DNA of 64,000 nucleotides from Sphingobacteriales bacterium. GTDB taxonomy: Bacteria; Bacteroidota; Bacteroidia; Chitinophagales; Chitinophagaceae. The stretch covers positions 9,587 to 73,586 of the forward strand of contig REAR01000069.1 in the NCBI GenBank assembly GCA_004295245.1, read 5' to 3'. A model generated the notes under the pieces. It was not told where the DNA came from and searched no databases. It worked only from the letters and a program-made list of their open reading frames with translations. Numbering within the stretch: position 1 is the stretch's first letter; each line of letters starts with the position of its first letter. Of the stretch, positions 59,801 to 64,000 are shown in pieces. The position numbers and the translations under genes are program-made.

Positions 59801-61148
59801 TACCCGTGCACTGGGTATGAACTGGCGCAACATGGCACCCGGTGCCGACTTTGTATTAGGCCGTCAGCCAGATACCAATTACATTAACAACTTTGCACGC
59901 AAAGGTTTTTTAACCCGTAATACTTTGCTTAATCAGCTAAACCGGCAAGATTTTAATCAAACACTAAACCTGAATGCACAGGTAATACCATTAAGAGATT
60001 TAACGATTGATGTTACCTTGCAAAAAACATTCGGCAAAACCTATTCAGAATTATTTAAAGACACTTTAAATACACCGGGCTCGCAGTTTGTGCGCTTAAG
60101 CCCTTATGCATCGGGTAGCTTTAGGGTAAGTTATATTTCTTTTCAAACCCTGTTTACTAAAATAAAACCCAATCAGGTTACAGAAACCTTTAAAACTTTT
60201 CAGGAGTATCGTAAAAGTTTATCGTTGCGCCTTGCAAAACTAAATCCATACTCGCAGGATATTAATGGCAACCCCATTGCAACTGGCGATGGTTATTTTA
60301 AAGGCTATGAAAAATATGCACAGGATGTATTAATACCATCTTTCATTGCTGCCTATACCGGCAAAGACCCTAACAAGGTTTCATTAATAAAACAAAACAG
60401 TTCTAAAATAAGTTCCAATCCATTTAGTGGTATTAAACCATTGCCTAACTGGCGGGTTACCTACAATGGCTTAACCAGAATACCGGGTATGGAACGCATC
60501 TTCAGTTCGTTTACAATTACACATGCCTATAACAGCGATGTAAGTATGAATAGCTTTAATTCGCATTTACTCTTTCAAGATCCTTTAAAAATTAATTACC
60601 CTGGCTTTGTTGATACTGCTACTGGTAATTTCTATCCCTATTTTATGGTGCCTAATATTTCTATATCAGAAGCATTTGCACCGTTTATTGATTTAGATAT
60701 GCAGTTTACTAACCAACTGGGTATGCGTTTTGAATATAAAAAGAGTCGCCAGTTAAGTTTAAGCCTGGTTGATTTTCAATTGAGCGAAGCCCGCAGCACC
60801 GAGTTTACCATTGGTGCCCGCTGGCGCAAGCGTGGGTTTAAATTACCGTTTAAAGTACCGTTTAGTAAAAAAGACACCAAAACACTGGATAACGATATCA
60901 CCTTCACGTTCGACTTTAGTTTGCGTGATGATATCACCAGCAACAGCCGCCTCGATCAGGAAACAACGCTACCCACTGCCGGACAAAAAGTAATTACCAT
61001 AAATCCATCCATAGATTATGTGTTAAACAACCGCGTTAAAGTAATCCTGTTTTTTGATCAGCGCAGAACCATTCCTAAAATTTCTACCTCGGCGCCTATT
61101 ACCAATACAAGAGCCGGTTTAAGAGTTAATATTTCATTGGCGCAATAA
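53883..61148 (+). CDS. sprA: T9SS translocon / cell-surface protein SprA
   Basis: The 2421-aa protein has a signal peptide. Its size and composition, a giant beta-barrel-type protein directly after ruvA, match SprA. It has a TTG start. Confidence 0.8.
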   Translation: MASFFQFITRPAVSALLAFIATSFIGGKIFAQTERPAGDSLKYPIKDRRGDQYTEPGRRSMNLKDPANLNQTVEYDPITKRYYIVEKIGNSYYRKPTYLTFDEYLKLKGREQENDYFKKRANVLSSLNKKLVKPKMSVTDNLFNRIFGNGKVEIRPQGNVDIIAGYQGQKVKNPTLPERARKFGGFDFDMNANLSVVGNVGDKLKLPINFNTLATFDFENQLKLDYSGGSDEIIKRLEAGNVSFSTKGSLIQGAQGLFGIKTQLQFGKLFVSTVIANMNSTRQSLGLQGGASSAIFEFKANDYEENRHFLLAHHFRQNYNKAMANLPAINSLIQILQIEVWVTNRNGSTTETRDVVGLMDLGERDTYLQPPLINALPGNATNLPFNEANDLYSKIISDPNARRSSFVTSRLAALGLTSVQDFEKTFARKLNPNDYIFDPQVGYITLSQPLQPDEILGVAFRYSYNGKIYQIGEFSQDVVPDGDSTNGVVGNQKVLFLKLLKATSQRTNLPIWDLMMKNVYALKTRDGNYLSSVQPTDFSLNVLYEEPSLGPKNFLPESDAAAKGQPLIRLLNLDRLNNRNDPQPDGMFDYIEGKTILSQQARIMFPLLEPFGRDLERIAFLNSTQALKDKYVYYPLYDTIKEIAKTYANLDRYIISGRAKGQSTSEISLGAFNVPPGSVTVTAGGQVLREGMDYSVDYNLGTVKILNQALVNSGVPVNVQYENNAGFGLQQRNYQGIRFDYMAKNTAKQSFSFGGQMVRMGERPFFTKINTQDGDPIKNAMFGLDFNYRSDFAKLTRALDKLPGYHSSEMSNVQAFGEVAMIKPGHPPQIGKGTAGLIYIDDFEGTRANIDLRFPLVSWGLASTPQKNGLFPEGILPDSLAYGLNRAKIAWYNIEPNLQDAKGNNNPVSGLGLNYFGDPYIRAVNQQEIYPTKTPDFGQAQLVTFDLSFNPAERGPYNFDVNPTAFSDGVATDGKLLNPRKRWGGIMRGIDQIDFETGNVEFIEFWMLDPFLKKPGSNGGQFYINLGNISEDILKDGRRQFENGLPGADGKAPLDATSKWGQVPANPIQVTTAFSNDPADRPTQDVGFDGLTNDAEKVKFQNFLNQLSAKVGTSSPAYQKAELDPSSDDFKNYRDGSYDKINADIITRYRDINSPHGNSPIANTGSTITTAFTLYPDQEDFNRDNTLNELEEYFQYKVELKPAELQVGRNYITDIRRFTPKAPGAMEEKWYLFRIPIQDYEQKVGNIPDFKSIRFMRLFLNGFDEEVICRFAKFELVRNQWRRFAFKIDTTGNYVTNPVGNATEFNVLGVNIEENSKRSPIPYVTPPDIQRQQFLSNNNINILQNEQSISLQICNLQKDDARGVFKTFNLDLRQYSKLAMFIHAEGRGTSDLLEPGTLVAVIRLGNDFVSNYYEIKIPLKKTAWGSSKDEDIWPKENELDLDLQRLIQLKIKRNATGLVNKYYKETDAGGTSYAILGNPNLGETRGIFMGVQNVKMESACTEIWFNELRLSGLDERNGYAALGRVDFKLADLGTLSLSGSFRGIGFGGLDQRVNERSRDNTLQFDAATNLELGKFFPQKSGISIPMYASYSRTTITPEYDPYALDVTLKEKLKNSANKDSIRNDAVDQTTIKTVNFTNVKKNNTSGKKQKLWSVENVDVSYSYTHMERTSPLIESDELISHRGGIGYNYATAPKYIEPLKRSIKSKSPWLNIIKDININLLPSVVTFRADARRQFGAFRPRNVGGPKGVLPETYNKYFTFDRYYVYRWDITRSLNFDFTATNLARVDEAPGRLDQTGKKDMWSLFWRGGRNTSYQQSATFSYTLPTAKLPLLDWTTMRLGYVGKYNWMASSLDSFARSLGNFIGNTQEKNATAELDFTALYRKSRLLRAIDWDAPPAASPAPQPTIQPKIIADTSTVKGKKKKKKEKKVKDPNQLPEVGTFVKVFGRLVTSVKRASITYASTGNTNIAGYLDSTRALGMNWRNMAPGADFVLGRQPDTNYINNFARKGFLTRNTLLNQLNRQDFNQTLNLNAQVIPLRDLTIDVTLQKTFGKTYSELFKDTLNTPGSQFVRLSPYASGSFRVSYISFQTLFTKIKPNQVTETFKTFQEYRKSLSLRLAKLNPYSQDINGNPIATGDGYFKGYEKYAQDVLIPSFIAAYTGKDPNKVSLIKQNSSKISSNPFSGIKPLPNWRVTYNGLTRIPGMERIFSSFTITHAYNSDVSMNSFNSHLLFQDPLKINYPGFVDTATGNFYPYFMVPNISISEAFAPFIDLDMQFTNQLGMRFEYKKSRQLSLSLVDFQLSEARSTEFTIGARWRKRGFKLPFKVPFSKKDTKTLDNDITFTFDFSLRDDITSNSRLDQETTLPTAGQKVITINPSIDYVLNNRVKVILFFDQRRTIPKISTSAPITNTRAGLRVNISLAQ

Positions 61149-61222
61149 TTTTTTTTACAGGTAACCAGTAAGAAAAAATAGTTAATAAAATATTCTTACT
61201 GGCTTGCCGGCTATATATTTTT

Positions 61223-61366
61223 TGTAGCCAGCTTCAGTAAGCATAGCATCACCGTTGCGTCGCACACTTCAACTTTAGAACTACTGATTTAAGGTTTGAA
61301 ATTTAAAATTTCAAATGTACAAGTGTGCGACGCAACGATGATGCCCAAAGAACAACTGCTGGTACA
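61223..61366. repeat. Dispersed element, complete 144-bp copy
   Basis: TGTAGCCAGC is at 61223-61232 and GCTGGTACA at 61358-61366. The cores are at 61254-61269 and 61321-61336, and the centre is AT-rich (TTTGAAATTTAAAATTTCAAAT). Confidence 0.9.
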
Positions 61367-61421
61367 ATAAAATTTTTGTTGCCCCTAATACAGTAACTTA
61401 GATACCTATAAATATATTTTT

Positions 61422-63416
61422 ATGAAGCAATTGTTTTTTTGGCTAGCTGTTATAACCGTGCAGCAAACCATGGCACAAACAGATACCACCAGTTACTCGG
61501 TAATAATGGCGGGTAATATAAAAGGGTTTTCTAAAACATGGCAACTAACAGATGGCACTTATAGAGAATGGTACCAGTACAATGACAGAGGCCGCGGAGA
61601 TAGTATGGTTACTGATTACAAAACAGATGAAAAAAGTGTGATTACCTACCTAAGTGCTGCCGGGGTAGATTATATGAAGAACCCAGTAATAGAAAGTTTT
61701 TCTTTAACCAATGGGTTAGCACAATGGAAGAATAGTGCAGAGAACGAACAAAGAAAAATAAAAGGCCCTGCGTTTTTTATTCCGCTTAAAACAAATGCAG
61801 GCAATCTGGTAAAAGCTATATTAGATAATGGGGGCAGTTTAAACTTATTACCTACCGGTAAAGCAACTGCCAAAATTATTTTTAAAAGCACTTATACCGT
61901 TAATGGCAAAGCAAAAACACTGGCATTGGTAACCATAGAGGGTTTGGGTTTTACGCCTGCCTATATCTGGATAGAGGAAAACAGTCGTTCTTTTTTTGCC
62001 AATGTAAACGATTGGATGAGCATTGTATTAAAGGGCAACGAAGCATTGGTGCCGCAGTTGTTAACCATACAAAAGAAAGAGCAGGCACGATTTTATAATG
62101 TATTGGCCCAACGGCTGCGGCAAAAACCTGTAAAAGGTATTTGCATAAAAAATGTACAACTGTTTGATGCAGAAAAAGCAACAGTGATACCCAATGCCAC
62201 AGTAATTGTTCGTAATAATATTATAGCAGATGTTATTACCAGCGGCACTCCTTTTGTTAATGATGATTTGGAAGTGGTAGATGGGAAAGGCAAATTTTTA
62301 ATGCCCGGCTTGTGGGATATGCATACGCATATGAGTGATGAATTGGACGGCTTATTTCATATGGCTGCAGGGGTTACCAATATAAGAGATATGGGTAATG
62401 GGCCAGAGCTATTGCAACGGATGAAGGATATAAAAGAAGGAAAAATAATTGGTCCGGAGGAAGTTATTATAAGCGCATTTATTGATGGGGCTGGCCCATT
62501 TGCAGCACCCACGGGTGCGTTAATTAACAGTGTGGAAGAAGGGAAAAAAGTAATACAAGAATATGCGGCTAAGGGATACCAGCAAATAAAATTGTACAGC
62601 AGTATTAAACCAGAATGGGTAAAGCCACTGGTGGCAGAAGCCCGTAAATATAAAATGAAAGTATGTGGCCATATACCAGCATTTATGACGGCTACACAAG
62701 CAATAGAAGCCGGTTACAATGAAATTACACACATGAATATGCTGGTGTTAAATTTCTTTGGAGATACGGTGGACACCCGTTCTCCGAACCGGTTTAAATT
62801 ACCGGCACAAAAAGCAGCCTTCTTAGATTTAGAAGGGTATGAAGTGCAAAACTTTTTGCAATTATTAAAAGAAAAAAATATTGTAGTAGATCCAACATTG
62901 GGGGTGTTTGAAGGAATGTTTACAGACCGGGAAGGAAGTGTGGCAGAAAGTAATTTATTATTGGTAGACCGTATGCCTTTGCAGGTGCAGCGTTACTGGC
63001 GTGCGGGTGGTGGTGGGTTACCTGTACCCGATGGTATGAACGATACCTACCTGAAATCTTTTGACGTAATGCTGAAGATTTTAAAAATGTTGCACGACCG
63101 TGATATTACAATTGTGCCTGGCACCGATGGCTTTGCCGGTTTTATGTTACACCGGGAGCTGGAATTGTATGTACGTGCCGGTATACCTGCCAATGAAGTA
63201 TTGCAAATTTCAACACTGGTGCCAGCAAAAGTTACGGGTAAAGAAAAAGAATTGGGCAGTATTACTAAAGGAAAAATAGCCAATATGGTTTTAATAGATG
63301 GTAACCCCACTGTTAACATCAGCGATATTCGCAAAACAATACTGGTAATTAAAGAAGGTGTTATATACGACCCCGCAAAAATTTATGCAGCATTGGCTAT
63401 AAAAAATTATAAATAG
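61422..63416 (+). CDS. Secreted amidohydrolase family protein
   Basis: There is a signal peptide (MKQLFFWLAVITVQQTMAQ) and the metal-binding motif LMPGLWDMHTHM. The C-terminus is typical of the amidohydrolase fold (ANMVLIDGNP). Confidence 0.7.
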   Translation: MKQLFFWLAVITVQQTMAQTDTTSYSVIMAGNIKGFSKTWQLTDGTYREWYQYNDRGRGDSMVTDYKTDEKSVITYLSAAGVDYMKNPVIESFSLTNGLAQWKNSAENEQRKIKGPAFFIPLKTNAGNLVKAILDNGGSLNLLPTGKATAKIIFKSTYTVNGKAKTLALVTIEGLGFTPAYIWIEENSRSFFANVNDWMSIVLKGNEALVPQLLTIQKKEQARFYNVLAQRLRQKPVKGICIKNVQLFDAEKATVIPNATVIVRNNIIADVITSGTPFVNDDLEVVDGKGKFLMPGLWDMHTHMSDELDGLFHMAAGVTNIRDMGNGPELLQRMKDIKEGKIIGPEEVIISAFIDGAGPFAAPTGALINSVEEGKKVIQEYAAKGYQQIKLYSSIKPEWVKPLVAEARKYKMKVCGHIPAFMTATQAIEAGYNEITHMNMLVLNFFGDTVDTRSPNRFKLPAQKAAFLDLEGYEVQNFLQLLKEKNIVVDPTLGVFEGMFTDREGSVAESNLLLVDRMPLQVQRYWRAGGGGLPVPDGMNDTYLKSFDVMLKILKMLHDRDITIVPGTDGFAGFMLHRELELYVRAGIPANEVLQISTLVPAKVTGKEKELGSITKGKIANMVLIDGNPTVNISDIRKTILVIKEGVIYDPAKIYAALAIKNYK

Positions 63417-63421
63417 TTTTT

Positions 63422-63490
63422 TGTAACCGGCAGTTGTGCTTTGGGCAGTCCCGAAACTTCGGGATTGCGTCGCACACTTCAACATTTGTA
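63422..63490. repeat. Dispersed element, solo core
   Basis: The terminal TGTAACCGGCAG is at 63422-63433 and the core ATTGCGTCGCACACTT at 63465-63480. There is an inserted mini-hairpin, TCCCGAAACTTCGGGA. Confidence 0.8.
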
Positions 63491-63492
63491 CC

Positions 63493-63526
63493 GCAGGTAA
63501 GCATAAAAAGTTTACCTGCTTTTTTA
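63493..63526 (+). terminator. Terminator after the amidohydrolase gene
   Basis: The stem GCAGGTAA/TTACCTGC is followed by TTTTTT. Confidence 0.7.
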
Positions 63527-64000
63527 TTGGCCGCCTTGTTTATTTAATTTCAGTTCAGCTTCCTTTGCTTCTTTAATATCTTCTTCATCTGCATCAGTGG
63601 TGCTTAGCGCATCGGTTTTTTTGCCGCGCCGCATTTTAACTATTGGGTTTTCTGAATTGCCGGTAATGCTTAACGGAATACCTACTATGCCAAAGGGAGG
63701 CAGGCCTAAACGGCATTGTAAATTTAACTGCCCATCTAAACTCATTTGTCCTTTAAACTTAGGCTTAAAGCCAGCTACTTTCAGTTTTAGCTTTTCTATG
63801 GTAAGAATATTTTTATCAATGGTGCTTTTAATATCAATTTTAGAGAGGTCGGCATTGGCATCTAACTCTTTTCCGGTTTCTTTATTAATAGCGCTGAACA
63901 GTTTAAAGCCCTTCAATTTCACTTTTCTTATTGATAAAGTGCCGCCACCTTTAATGGTAGGTAAAATAGGATACATACTGTCATTTAACAAACCACTCAA
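63524..64000 (-). CDS. C-terminal part of an AsmA-like outer-membrane assembly protein (5' end off the right edge)
   Basis: The ORF is open to the window edge. Its C-terminal region (MSLDGQLNLQCRLGLPPFGIVGIPLSITGNSENPIVKMRRGKK) resembles AsmA-family C-termini. The family call is tentative. Confidence 0.4.
   Translation of the reverse strand: MSGLLNDSMYPILPTIKGGGTLSIRKVKLKGFKLFSAINKETGKELDANADLSKIDIKSTIDKNILTIEKLKLKVAGFKPKFKGQMSLDGQLNLQCRLGLPPFGIVGIPLSITGNSENPIVKMRRGKKTDALSTTDADEEDIKEAKEAELKLNKQGGQ

Overview
This is a 64-kb chromosomal segment with Bacteroidota hallmarks. These are the T9SS translocon gene sprA, a type-B T9SS C-terminal sorting domain on a PKD-repeat protein, futalosine-pathway mqnB/mqnD, and a TTTG-N20-TAnnTTTG promoter in front of a tRNA. 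A Chitinophagaceae or Sphingobacteriia-like origin is only an inference. The content is mostly housekeeping: ssb, lpxK, bioD, rsmD, fba, lysA, scpB, atpG, secA, surE, gltA, folE, fabD, xylAB with an AraC regulator, fabH and ruvA. There is also a CHASE3/PAS histidine kinase with NarL-type regulators, one tRNA-Ala(GGC), and about 8 kb of tandem PKD-repeat adhesin-like genes at the left end. I see no rRNA, no CRISPR array, no transposase or integrase, and no recognisable defence, toxin or phage module. I cannot support a claim of a new protein-coding system here. Five things are unusual. (1) A dense, strictly intergenic family of MITE/REPIN-like inverted-repeat elements has the core GTTGCGTCGCACACTT, with 21 core copies plus 4 diverged ones. 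(2) Two non-triplet tandem microduplications (26 bp and 22 bp, 48 bp together) lie inside one PKD repeat and split a ~1610-aa T9SS cargo gene into two ORFs. (3) The tRNA-Ala locus is embedded in tRNA-derived fragments and a 106-bp tandem repeat, within a 1.5-kb ORF-free region. (4) A Cys/Met-metabolism PLP enzyme appears to lack ~40 conserved C-terminal residues in frame. (5) One repeat element forms a long hairpin between xylB and xylA. All coordinates come from reading the sequence by eye, and no database searches were run.
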